NCBI GenBank assembly: GCA_965232485.1
Contig: OZ246975.1
Coordinates: 1,067,246-1,131,245 of the forward strand
Source of the DNA: Rhodothermales bacterium
GTDB taxonomy: Bacteria > Bacteroidota > Rhodothermia > Rhodothermales > VXPQ01
Reading direction: 5' to 3'
Length of the DNA stretch: 64,000 nt
The notes beneath the pieces are model-generated. The model ran no database searches. It was not told the DNA's origin and saw only the letters and a list, made by a program, of their open reading frames with translations. Shown piece by piece: positions 1 through 9,287 of the stretch (position 1 is the stretch's first letter; each line of letters starts with the position of its first letter). The position numbers were made by a program, and so were the translations under genes.

Positions 1-1
1 C

Positions 2-3000
2 TATTTTCCAGGCACGGAGGAGCCCCCGGCCAACTGGAATCAGCCGGAATTCGACGCCAGCGATTGGGACGAAGGACCCAGCGCGCTCGGATACGAACGG
101 GCGGACGGCGGCGCGGACATTCAGACCGAGACAAACATTGACGGTCTTCTGTCTCTGTACGCGCGCATCGAATTTACCGTGGAAAACCCGAACGACGTAC
201 GCCTCGCTATACTCCATATGGACTACGACGACGGCTTTGTGGCGTACCTGAACGGCGAAGAAATCGCCCGGAGCTTCATGCCGTCGGGAACGCCCTCCTT
301 CAATACCCTGGCGTCGGGCCGTCACGAAGCCTTAATCTACCAGGGCGGCGAACCGGAATCGTTTTCCCTGTCGAACTGGGAAAGCCTGTTGCGCGCCGGG
401 TCGAATGTGCTGGCCGTCCAGGTGCATAATGCAAACGCCACCTCTTCGGACCTCACGCTTATCCCGTTCCTTTCCCTGCAAACGGAAACGCGACCGACGG
501 CGTACCGGGGACCGGCCCCGGAAATTACGTTCGCTTCCCGGTCCGAATTTCATACCAACTTCCGCCTTTCCCGCGGCGGCGAATACCTGGCGCTCGTCAA
601 CCCGTCCGGGGAGGTCGTATCCGGGTTTGCGCCGGAATATCCGGAGCAACGCCCCGACGTGTCCTACGGCCTGATCGACGGGGGGTACACCTGGTTCGAC
701 ATGCCCACGCCGGGCGGGCCCAACGCGCCGGGCATGAGCGACGTCCTCGAACCGCCCACGTTCAGCGCGGCGGGGGCTATTCTCAAGGAACCGTTCTCGC
801 TGTACCTGTTCCCCGAAACGCCCGGCAGCATCGTCCGCTATACGCTGGACAACTCGGAACCCTCGGAAACGAACGGGACCCCCTACGCCGAACCGATCTA
901 CGTAGACGAAACGACGGCGGTGCGCGCCGCCGCCTTCATGGAAGGCGCCGCGCCGTCGGCCAGCGTGACGCGTACGTACATCTTTCCAGCGAACGTGATC
1001 CGGCAATCGCGGGAAAATATGATAGCCAAAGGATGGCCTGCGTACTGGGGCGGCAACGATGTGGATATGGGGATGGACCCGAATGTCGTCGAAGGACAGG
1101 AAGACGACGTGATGGCGACGCTGACGGCCGCTCCCTCCTTCTCCATCGTCCTTCCGTTCGACTCCCTCTTTGACGGTGCGCGGGGGATATACTCCAACGC
1201 GCTCAACTACGGACGGGACTGGGAACGCCCCGCCTCCATCGAACTCATCTATCCCCCGGATTTCCCGCCTGAAACCGGTCCCCGCGCCCGGCACGGCGGG
1301 CGGGACGGATTCGCGGTCAACGCGGGCGTGCGCATCCGCGGGGGATGGAGCCGCAACGACGAGAACCCCAAGCATGCCTTTCGCCTGTATTTCCGGGGCG
1401 AATACGGGCCGAGCGCCCTTTCCTATGCGCTCTTCGGCGACGAGGGCGCGGACGAATTCGACAAATTCGATTTGCGCACCGCCCAGAACTATTCGTGGTC
1501 GTTCAACGGCTCCGCGGCCAACACGATGCTCCGCGACGTGTTCTCCCGGGATACCCAGCGAGACATGGGCGTCCCCTACACCCGCAGCCGGTACTATCAT
1601 TTGTACCTGAACGGCCAGTACTGGGGAGTCTTTCAAACCCAGGAACGAGCCGATCACTGGCACGGCGCTTCCTATCTCGGAGGCAATCCGGACAACTACG
1701 ACGTCGTCAAGTCCGCCGGACTGGACGGCGGATACACGGTGGAGGTTACGGCGGGGGTCTTCGACGACTGGCGCTTTCTTTACGACGAAGCCAATCGGCT
1801 GGCCGCACTGCCCGACGCGCAGGAACGCGACGCGCTGTACATGAAACTGCAAGGGCTGAACCCGGACGGATCGCGCAATCCCGATTACCCGGCGCTGCTG
1901 GACGCGGACAATCTGATCCAGTACATGCTCGTCATTTTCTGGACCGGGAACACGGATTCGCCGATCAACCCGTTCAACGTGACCAACAATTTCTTCGGGA
2001 TCCGGGACCGCACCGGCGAACGAGGCTTCTCCTGGTTTGCGCACGACAGCGAGCATTCGCTTTTTTCGAATTCCTTTTTCGGAGACGGCTACAACCGGAC
2101 CGGCCCCTTCCCCACGGGAGACCAGTTCCAGTTCAGCAACCCGCAGTGGCTCCACCAGCAATTGATGGGATCGAACGAATACCGGCTCCGATTCGCGGAC
2201 CTTGCGCAGCGACACCTGTCCGGCAACGGGACCTTGACCGGCCCGGAGGCCATAAACCGGTGGACAGCCCGGTCCGACGAAGTGAGCCCGATCATTCTTG
2301 CGGAATCGGCCCGGTGGGGAGACGCTAAACGGGAACCGGCTTTCACGCCCGCCGACTGGCTCCGGGAAGTGACTTCCGTGCAAAACGGGTTCCTCCGCAC
2401 ACGGACTCCCGTTATCCTCGAACAACTCAGGGATACATACCGGTACGAATTCGGGAGCCCCCGCAACGCCCTGATGGAAGCGCCCCTGTATCCGGCGGTA
2501 GACGCACCCGTATTCAGCCATCCGGAAGGCGAATCGTCCGATCCCTTTACGCTGACCATGCAGGCCCCGTCGGGCGGAACCATTTTCTATACGCTGGACG
2601 GCGCCGATCCCCGTCTGGTCGGCGGGAATCTTTCCGGGTCGGCCATGGCGTACGACGGCGCGGGGATAGCCCTCTCCGGGTACAACCGGGTGATGGCGCG
2701 GGTCCGCTCGGACGGCGACGCATGGTCGGCGCTGGAAGAGGCCGAATATTTTGCGGGCGTCGCCTCGCCCGCGTCGTCGCAAATTGTCGTTTCGGAAATC
2801 CACTACAATCCGACGGAACCCGACGAGGCGGAGATTGCGGCGGGATTCGACAACAACGACGACTTCGAATTCATTGAACTGCACAACCCTTCCGGCAGAG
2901 CGGCGGCGCTGGGCGGACTCGCCTTTACCAACGGGATTGCATTCTCCTTTGGAAACGAGACGCTGGCGCCGGACGAACGGATCGTCGTCGCCGCCAGCGA

Positions 3001-4528
3001 AGACGCCTTTCGCATGCGGTACGGGCCGGAGGCGAATGTGGCGGGCAGCTACGCCTCGGGACGGCTCAGCAACGGCGGCGAAACGCTAACGCTCAGCGAT
3101 GCGGCTGGAGAAGTCGTCGTCCGCATTGACTATGAAGACGGCGGCGGATGGCCGGAGCGGGCGGACGGCGGCGGCAGTTCGCTGACGCTGGACCCCGCGA
3201 GCGCAGACGATCCGGGGCGCGCCGCCGCATGGCGGGCCAGCATCGAATACGAGGGATCGCCGGGCGCAGCGGGACGCGGGGCGTTTCGGGACGTGATTGT
3301 CAACGAGGCGCTTGCGCACAGCGACCCGCCGGACGTAGACGCCGTAGAACTCTACAATCCCACGACGCGCCCGGTCGATATCGGCGGGTGGCTGCTGAGC
3401 GACGGCATGCCTCTGGACAAATACCGCATCCCGGATGGCGTCGTCATTGAGGCGGGCGGATACCTTGTCCTCGACGAAAACGATTTCAATGCCGCGGACG
3501 ACGACGGCGGTTTTGCCTTCAGCAGCGCGTACGGGGACAGGGTCCGTCTCGTCGCGACGGACGCGCAGGGCAATCCCTCCCTGTTCGCCGACGAGGTCGC
3601 CTTCGGCGCCACGCGCACCGGCGTAACGATCGGGCGGCCCGAGGACGCGGGAGACGATTTCGTACCCCTTGCGGAACCGACGCTGGGCGGACCCAATAGC
3701 GCAGCCCGAACGCCGCAGGTCATCTTCAGAGAGATTATGTACCATCCTCCGGGCAACAACCCGAATTTTGAATACGTTGCGCTGTACAATGCGGGCGATG
3801 CGGCGGAAAACCTGACGGGCTGGACCTTGCGGAAAGGCGTGGATTTCGTGTTTCCGGACGGAATCCAGCTTGCGCCGGGAGACAGCCTGTTCGTGACCGC
3901 CTTCGATCCGGCGACCGAACCCGAAAGCGCCGCCACGTTCCGGCTGGCGTACGGATGGGACGACGCCCGTCGATTGATTGGGGGCTGGGAGGGCCGCCTC
4001 GCCAACGAAGGCGAAACGCTCGAACTGAATCGCCCGGACGATCCTCCGGAAGACGACCCGGCCTTCGTCCCGGAAACGCTGGAGGAACGCGTTACGTGGA
4101 GCGATGCGGCGCCCTGGCCCGAAAGCGCAGACGGCGGAGGAAGCGCGCTGTACCGGACGAATGACGCCGGACCCGGCAGCGATCCGGCGAACTGGACAAC
4201 GATCCCGCGAATGTTCGTCGTGCACGAAATCGAACGCCCGCCCGTCCCCCCGACGGTGACCGGCGAATATGTGCTGTCGTCGGCGTACCCCAATCCGACG
4301 CAAGGCATGTCCCGCGCCGACTTGACCGTTGGCGAAACGCAGCATGTCCGCGCCACGCTATACGACATGCTTGGGCGCGAGGTCTACCGCGTGCTGGACG
4401 GCGCGGTGGCTTCCGAAACGATCGAAACGCTCGTCGTGAACGGGGGAGCCCTCGCGAGCGGCGTCTATATCCTGCGCATCCAGGGCGAAAATTTCTCCGC
4501 CATGCGGTCCTTTGCGGTGGTGCGGTAG
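2..4528 (+). CDS. Large secreted CotH-family / lamin-tail-domain (LTD) protein with T9SS C-terminal sorting domain; 5' end cut by window edge
   Basis: The frame of ORF 179..4528 stays open back to nt 2 (YFPGTEEPPANWNQPEFDASDWDEGPSALGYE...), so the GTG at 179 is probably not the start. CotH-like core: RLYFRGEYGP..DKFDLRTAQNYSWSF..MLRDVFSRDTQRDMGVPYTRSRYYHLYLNGQYWGVFQTQER. Two chitobiase/hexosaminidase-C-like modules. Three LTD-like modules: VVSEIHYNPTEPDE..FEFIELHNP; VIVNEALAHSDPPDVDAVELYNPT; VIFREIMYHPPGNNPNFEYVALYN. Terminal ~80 aa typical of type IX secretion CTDs: SAYPNPTQG...GVYILRIQGENFSAMRSFAVVR. Confidence 0.85.
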   Translation, partial: YFPGTEEPPANWNQPEFDASDWDEGPSALGYERADGGADIQTETNIDGLLSLYARIEFTVENPNDVRLAILHMDYDDGFVAYLNGEEIARSFMPSGTPSFNTLASGRHEALIYQGGEPESFSLSNWESLLRAGSNVLAVQVHNANATSSDLTLIPFLSLQTETRPTAYRGPAPEITFASRSEFHTNFRLSRGGEYLALVNPSGEVVSGFAPEYPEQRPDVSYGLIDGGYTWFDMPTPGGPNAPGMSDVLEPPTFSAAGAILKEPFSLYLFPETPGSIVRYTLDNSEPSETNGTPYAEPIYVDETTAVRAAAFMEGAAPSASVTRTYIFPANVIRQSRENMIAKGWPAYWGGNDVDMGMDPNVVEGQEDDVMATLTAAPSFSIVLPFDSLFDGARGIYSNALNYGRDWERPASIELIYPPDFPPETGPRARHGGRDGFAVNAGVRIRGGWSRNDENPKHAFRLYFRGEYGPSALSYALFGDEGADEFDKFDLRTAQNYSWSFNGSAANTMLRDVFSRDTQRDMGVPYTRSRYYHLYLNGQYWGVFQTQERADHWHGASYLGGNPDNYDVVKSAGLDGGYTVEVTAGVFDDWRFLYDEANRLAALPDAQERDALYMKLQGLNPDGSRNPDYPALLDADNLIQYMLVIFWTGNTDSPINPFNVTNNFFGIRDRTGERGFSWFAHDSEHSLFSNSFFGDGYNRTGPFPTGDQFQFSNPQWLHQQLMGSNEYRLRFADLAQRHLSGNGTLTGPEAINRWTARSDEVSPIILAESARWGDAKREPAFTPADWLREVTSVQNGFLRTRTPVILEQLRDTYRYEFGSPRNALMEAPLYPAVDAPVFSHPEGESSDPFTLTMQAPSGGTIFYTLDGADPRLVGGNLSGSAMAYDGAGIALSGYNRVMARVRSDGDAWSALEEAEYFAGVASPASSQIVVSEIHYNPTEPDEAEIAAGFDNNDDFEFIELHNPSGRAAALGGLAFTNGIAFSFGNETLAPDERIVVAASEDAFRMRYGPEANVAGSYASGRLSNGGETLTLSDAAGEVVVRIDYEDGGGWPERADGGGSSLTLDPASADDPGRAAAWRASIEYEGSPGAAGRGAFRDVIVNEALAHSDPPDVDAVELYNPTTRPVDIGGWLLSDGMPLDKYRIPDGVVIEAGGYLVLDENDFNAADDDGGFAFSSAYGDRVRLVATDAQGNPSLFADEVAFGATRTGVTIGRPEDAGDDFVPLAEPTLGGPNSAARTPQVIFREIMYHPPGNNPNFEYVALYNAGDAAENLTGWTLRKGVDFVFPDGIQLAPGDSLFVTAFDPATEPESAATFRLAYGWDDARRLIGGWEGRLANEGETLELNRPDDPPEDDPAFVPETLEERVTWSDAAPWPESADGGGSALYRTNDAGPGSDPANWTTIPRMFVVHEIERPPVPPTVTGEYVLSSAYPNPTQGMSRADLTVGETQHVRATLYDMLGREVYRVLDGAVASETIETLVVNGGALASGVYILRIQGENFSAMRSFAVVR

Positions 4529-4590
4529 GAGCGGGGGCTGCCTGCTTGCGAAACGCAACATGTCGTGACGCCTGGCCCCCGCCCTATGCG

Positions 4591-5358
4591 CTACTCATGC
4601 TCCTTCACATAGATATTACGGAACTGTACGAGCGCGGGCGGGCTCACCCATTCCCCTGCGTCGTTCTTGTGGCCATGGTGCTGCAACCCGATGGGACCGC
4701 AGTCGGGAATTTCATTCAGGAAAATGCGGTCGATGACGAGCTGGCCATTGATCCAGATGGTCATAAACTTGCCCCGTACGACGATTTTCGACGCGTTCCA
4801 CTCCCCGATGGCATTGTCCGCATTGACGAGCGGCAAGGCGGCCCGACGAACTTCCGGCGGCTGGTTCCGATCCATTCGGTAGCCATAGACTTCCCCGGAA
4901 CCGTACGGCCAGTTCCAAATGTTGTGCTGGGCCTTGCCGTGGCCGCGCGGGAGAATGCCCGAATCGGAATCGGGCACGGACATCACCATGGGCTTGCCGT
5001 CCTGATCCATCTTGTGCGTGCCGTCTGCAAGGATGATGGGCACATTCGGATTCGCGTACGGCTCCACGGTCGTAATGCGCCAGTCGATCTTGAGCGTGTA
5101 ATCGCAGTAATCTTTTTCCGTCCAGAGGCTCTTGTCTCCTTCCGCCTCGCTTTCTGCGTCATAGTCGATCACGCCGTCCATCACCTTCCAATGGCCGCCG
5201 TCGCCTTCGGGAATGACCCAGCCGTCGAAATTTTCTCCATTGAATATGGACGCATAGCCCTCGGGGGCCTCCATCTGAGCATGCGCCGTCCGAGGCGCAG
5301 CGCACAGCGCGAGCAACAGAATCATGCAGAGCGAAAGTGCGTAGCGTGTCGATTTCAT
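4591..5358 (-). CDS. DUF1080 (3-keto-disaccharide hydrolase-like) family protein, secreted
   Basis: Signal peptide MKSTRYALSLCMILLLALCAAPRTAHAQ. Family-typical N-terminus (FNGENFDGWVIPEGDGGHWKVMDGVIDYD) and C-terminus (WINGQLV..GPIGLQHHG..VQFRNIYVKE). Confidence 0.85.
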   Translation of the reverse strand: MKSTRYALSLCMILLLALCAAPRTAHAQMEAPEGYASIFNGENFDGWVIPEGDGGHWKVMDGVIDYDAESEAEGDKSLWTEKDYCDYTLKIDWRITTVEPYANPNVPIILADGTHKMDQDGKPMVMSVPDSDSGILPRGHGKAQHNIWNWPYGSGEVYGYRMDRNQPPEVRRAALPLVNADNAIGEWNASKIVVRGKFMTIWINGQLVIDRIFLNEIPDCGPIGLQHHGHKNDAGEWVSPPALVQFRNIYVKEHE

Positions 5359-5491
5359 GATATCGGGAATCTGGAATGGGATGAATTATGACGTGCGCGG
5401 CGGAGCGCCCCCGGCTTTCCCGGCGGCGCTCCGACCGTACGTTGAAATGGATGAATGCATACGCGTTCGCGCAGAAGACCGGCGCCAAAAT

Positions 5492-6883
5492 TCAGCCGGA
5501 CCCCTCGACCCCGCCGGTCTCTTCCTCCATCTTCAGTTCGATGGCCTTGTACCCGCCCTGCGACCGGAAGTACAGAATCAGAAGTACGTAGCATATGAAC
5601 ATGAAGGCCGGAAGCCATGCCACGGTCCGCAGCGCGGATTGCCTAGAGTCCGATTCCACGTCGCGAACACGGGCCTGATCCGCTTCCGACAACTCCCTCA
5701 CAGCGTCATCGTTGAGCGTACGCGCTCCCAGCATACCAGAGCCTTCCACTGCAAGTACCTGATCGACAAGTTCGGGTGCATTAGCCTGCATCCCGTCGTC
5801 AATAAATCTATCCTGTATGGAACCAATGACCGGATTGCCAAGCAACCCCGCCGCGAGCATGCCGACGCCCGCAATCGTGTTGATCGTCATGGCGCCGCCC
5901 TGGGGAAACTGCTCGGAAACCACGCCCAGCGTCGTCGGCCAGAAGAAGGTCTTGCCGAGGCCATAGCAGGTGGCGGCGAGGAATACGTACCAAAGTACCG
6001 ACCCCGCCTGCGAAAGCAGGACAAGCCCTATGCAGGCGATCCCGGCGCTGCATGCGAGGAGACCCAGCGGATTGATCCGGTGCACGATCGGCCCGGCGAA
6101 AAACCGGAGCACGAACATGATGGCCGAGGTATACACCAGCACCCACAGCGCATCAATACCAGATACATTTTCCAGTACATCCCCTACCAACTCCGTAATC
6201 CAACTGTCCGTCCCCAGCTCTGTAATGGCCAAGGGGACCATGATTATGAGCAAGATGATAAACAGGGGGCGGTACATGGTCTTGAGCATGCCCGCGTACC
6301 CGACGCCCGCGGCCACGCGCTCCTGCACCGGCCAGGTCTCCCGAACCAGCATCCAGCCGTAAACCAGCGTGGGAAGAATCACGAACGCCACCTGCCAGCG
6401 CCAGCCGATGTCGCCGACCGCGATAAGCAGGATGCCGCCCAGCACAAGGCCGCCCGGCCACCCCGCATGCAGGATATTCAGGTGATGCGTCTTGGAATTG
6501 GGGTACAAGGTGGCTACCGCCGGGTTGACGACGGCCTCCACGATGCCGTTTGAAAGCGCCAGGATGAATGTGCCGATGTAGAGCACCCAGAACGGGTCGC
6601 CTATATGCCCGGCGCATATCGTCACGAGCGCCGAGACAATGTGTCCCGCGCACGCGATGCGGATCGACGTATGGTACCCGATCTTGTCGATGATCAGGCT
6701 GAACAGAATGATCGTAAGCGGAAAGCCCAACAGGCCCGCCCCGGTAATCCATCCTATCTGTTCCTGACTCAGATTGAACTCATCGCTCCATGTACCAAGG
6801 AGGCCGGCCCGGATAACAAAGCCGAAAGCCGTAGCGACCAGCGCCACGATGCTTCCTACGAAAAGACGATTTTTGTTGACCAT
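5492..6883 (-). CDS. MFS-type transporter
   Basis: 463 aa, about 12 hydrophobic segments with an N-terminal MFS-like pattern (FVGSIVALVATAFGFVIRAG..GAGLLGFPLTIILFSLIIDKIGY). Co-directional between the Gfo/Idh/MocA and DUF1080 genes. Confidence 0.8.
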   Translation of the reverse strand: MVNKNRLFVGSIVALVATAFGFVIRAGLLGTWSDEFNLSQEQIGWITGAGLLGFPLTIILFSLIIDKIGYHTSIRIACAGHIVSALVTICAGHIGDPFWVLYIGTFILALSNGIVEAVVNPAVATLYPNSKTHHLNILHAGWPGGLVLGGILLIAVGDIGWRWQVAFVILPTLVYGWMLVRETWPVQERVAAGVGYAGMLKTMYRPLFIILLIIMVPLAITELGTDSWITELVGDVLENVSGIDALWVLVYTSAIMFVLRFFAGPIVHRINPLGLLACSAGIACIGLVLLSQAGSVLWYVFLAATCYGLGKTFFWPTTLGVVSEQFPQGGAMTINTIAGVGMLAAGLLGNPVIGSIQDRFIDDGMQANAPELVDQVLAVEGSGMLGARTLNDDAVRELSEADQARVRDVESDSRQSALRTVAWLPAFMFICYVLLILYFRSQGGYKAIELKMEEETGGVEGSG

Positions 6884-6914
6884 GATGGTGTTGCGGGATG
6901 AATGAACGAGAGTT

Positions 6915-8024
6915 TCAGGAAATTTCGGGGATGTCGATGCGCCGCCCGCCTTGCATGGCCGATTCGTGGGCGCAAATGCCCGTCATCGTCCAGTTGGCCG
7001 CAGCGGCGGCGTCGGAGACCGACTCGCGGCCTTCCAGAATCGCCCGAAGAAATTCGTGGACCATATGAGGGTGCGACCCGCCGTGCCCGCCGCCCTGAAT
7101 GAACGAGGTGTGTTCGTGCTCGTCGTCGTAGACGCCGCCCGTGGTAAAGGGCGCAATTTCGTCGGGAAGCAAGTGGGCGTAGTCGGGAACTTCGACGCGC
7201 TCGGCGTCCTCGTAGCCTGAGTATACGACCGGCCCGTCGCCGATCGTCTGTTCCCACTCAAACGAGCTTTCCGTGCCGTACACGTCGAAGCTCTCCCGGT
7301 ACTGCCGAATGGTGTTGAAGAGGGACCGGGTTACTTCGCAGGACAGGTCCGAATTCACCATCGAAACCAGCGCGGACTCGACGGCGAACGGGGAGCCGTA
7401 GGGCTCGATGTAATCTTCCTGAATGCGCCCGGAGCCGAAACACACGACGGATTCGCCGCGAGCCCCGGCGAGCAACAAGAGCGGACTGACCGCGTGCGTA
7501 GCGTAGTGCATGGGCGGAAATCCGTACCAGTAGGCGGGCCAGCCGGGCAGGCCCATATTCTGCTGATGCGATCCGCGCAAAAATTGTATTTTCCCAAGAC
7601 GACCCGATTCGAGCAGTTCGCGAGCGTACAGGAATTCCCGGGTGTAGATGGCCGTTTCCATCATCATATACACTTTGCCGCTCCGGCGGCGGGCCTCCGC
7701 TATCCGAAGGCATTCTTCCACGGTGGTCGCCATGGGCACGGTGCAGGCCGTATGCTTGCCCGCCTCCAGCGACGCGAGAGACATGGGAGCGTGGGCCGCG
7801 ATCGGGGTGTTGACGTGCACGGCGTCCACTTCCGGGTCCGCAAGAAGCGCTTCGTAGTCCGCATAGCGCCGTTCTACGCCGAATTGATCTCCAATCTCGT
7901 TCAAGCCCTTTTCGTCGCGCTTGCAAATCGCCCACAGTTCGGCGTCGGGATGGCGTTGATAGATAGGTATGAACTCTGCGCCGAAACCCAGTCCGACGAC
8001 CGCAACTTTGATCTTGTCAGGCAT
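6915..8024 (-). CDS. Gfo/Idh/MocA family NAD(P)-dependent oxidoreductase
   Basis: Rossmann N-terminus KIKVAVVGLGFGAEFIPIY, followed by ..DAVHVNTPIAAHAPMSLASLEAGKHTACTVPMA.. and the C-terminal alpha/beta domain. Confidence 0.9.
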   Translation of the reverse strand: MPDKIKVAVVGLGFGAEFIPIYQRHPDAELWAICKRDEKGLNEIGDQFGVERRYADYEALLADPEVDAVHVNTPIAAHAPMSLASLEAGKHTACTVPMATTVEECLRIAEARRRSGKVYMMMETAIYTREFLYARELLESGRLGKIQFLRGSHQQNMGLPGWPAYWYGFPPMHYATHAVSPLLLLAGARGESVVCFGSGRIQEDYIEPYGSPFAVESALVSMVNSDLSCEVTRSLFNTIRQYRESFDVYGTESSFEWEQTIGDGPVVYSGYEDAERVEVPDYAHLLPDEIAPFTTGGVYDDEHEHTSFIQGGGHGGSHPHMVHEFLRAILEGRESVSDAAAAANWTMTGICAHESAMQGGRRIDIPEIS

Positions 8025-8237
8025 ATGTTTAAGCGATGGCGGGCGAAATAAATTCCGGCAGGCAATATAATCATCTTTGCAAATATTTTACAATTTTCCT
8101 GAAATTATCCCGCGAGGCGACTTGCCTTTTCGTCCCTGCCGATCGCGACATGCCCGTTCTTGCGAAGCGAATGCTGGAAAGAAGGGTTATTTTACCGGCT
8201 CATGCGCGACCACCGAAATCCATTTGCTTGCCGGATC

Positions 8238-9287
8238 ATGCTTCTCCGCTGCGCCTGCTTCCTGTCGCCGGGTCTTCTGGCGATCTTCCTGTCCGGCTTG
8301 CGCCCCGCCCTCGCACAGGAGACTGCGGAGGCGGATCGCGAATATGTCCTTGAAACCAACATCTTCGGATACTGGGGCGTGGGCGGCGATATCGACGGCG
8401 TGCGGAATCCGGTGTTGCGGGCGGAAAAAGGCGAAGCCGTACGTATCGTCATCGTGAACATCGAAGCGCTGGTTCACGATCTGGCCCTCGAAACCCTGCA
8501 AGTTAAAACGAAGGAGATACTGGACGTCGGCGAGCAGACCGATCTCACGTTTACCGCGGTGGAAGACGACATCTATTACTGCACCATTCCGGGGCATCGG
8601 GCCGCCGGCATGGAAGGACGGTTTGAGATTATACGGGAAGGGGGTGTTGCCGACGGCGGGCCTGCCCCGGGAAACGAGGCGACGGACGCCCCGCGTACGC
8701 CCTTGCTGAGCGAACTGCCGCCGCCGGATCATATTCCTCTCCCGCCGCTGGAACTGCCGCCTCGCGCGGATTTGCCGGAACCCGCCGCGCCGTCGAGCGG
8801 CGACTGGGCGGATTTTCTGGACGATCCCAACGAACAGGTCCGGGCGTGGGCTGTGCGGCGACTTGCAAACAACGGACAAATCCCCGAATATATCCTGCCC
8901 GCGCTGGCGCGCATGGCCCGCGAAGATTCCTCCTCGCTGGCGAGGGCGTATCTTGCAGAAACGTTGCGGCGCATCGAACCCGAACGCCGCTGGGACATCC
9001 TTGAAGGGTTGCACGGTCATGCGACGGACCCCGCCAACCATGCGTTGCCGCTCCTCGTCTGGTACGCCACCGAGGATGTCGTGCCTGTGGACATGGATCG
9101 GGCGCTGACGCTGGCGCTGGATTCGAAATGGCCCCATGCCTTATCCTTTACGGTGCAACGCATCGCCGCAGAGGGCTCGCAGGAAGCGCTGCGCGCCCTT
9201 GCCGGACGCTTGCCCAAAGCAACCGCAGAACAACGAACAATCCTCCTGAACGGCGTCCGCCGAATCGTCCAGACAACCGACCCATGA
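8238..9287 (+). CDS. Azurin-like cupredoxin domain fused to HEAT-like helical-repeat tail, secreted
   Basis: The internal ATG at 8238 gives signal peptide MLLRCACFLSPGLLAIFLSGLRPALAQ. Type-1 copper ligand pattern ..ALVHDLAL..YYCTIPGHRAAGMEG (Cys-x4-His-x4-Met as in azurin CTFPGH..M). The C-terminal ~150 aa is paralogous to the tail of CDS 10577..13195. Confidence 0.7.
   Translation: MLLRCACFLSPGLLAIFLSGLRPALAQETAEADREYVLETNIFGYWGVGGDIDGVRNPVLRAEKGEAVRIVIVNIEALVHDLALETLQVKTKEILDVGEQTDLTFTAVEDDIYYCTIPGHRAAGMEGRFEIIREGGVADGGPAPGNEATDAPRTPLLSELPPPDHIPLPPLELPPRADLPEPAAPSSGDWADFLDDPNEQVRAWAVRRLANNGQIPEYILPALARMAREDSSSLARAYLAETLRRIEPERRWDILEGLHGHATDPANHALPLLVWYATEDVVPVDMDRALTLALDSKWPHALSFTVQRIAAEGSQEALRALAGRLPKATAEQRTILLNGVRRIVQTTDP

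Noticed and set aside
332-2884. Very long antisense or alternative-frame ORFs in the track: 332..2884(-), 10544..12595(-), 29016..30965(-), 28823..30121(+), 30806..32953(+), 33164..35035(-), 40288..42603(+), 43096..45177(+), 45162..46652(+), 47260..48894(+), 59950..61323(+), 62095..63882(+), 62339..63829(-) and others.
   Set aside because: Each overlaps a gene on the other strand or frame whose product has clear family motifs (CotH, dehydrogenase domain, GyrA, Lat, LipA, ThrA, sulfatases and so on). Their translations are Arg/Gly/Pro/Ala-rich low-complexity strings typical of stop-poor frames in high-GC DNA.
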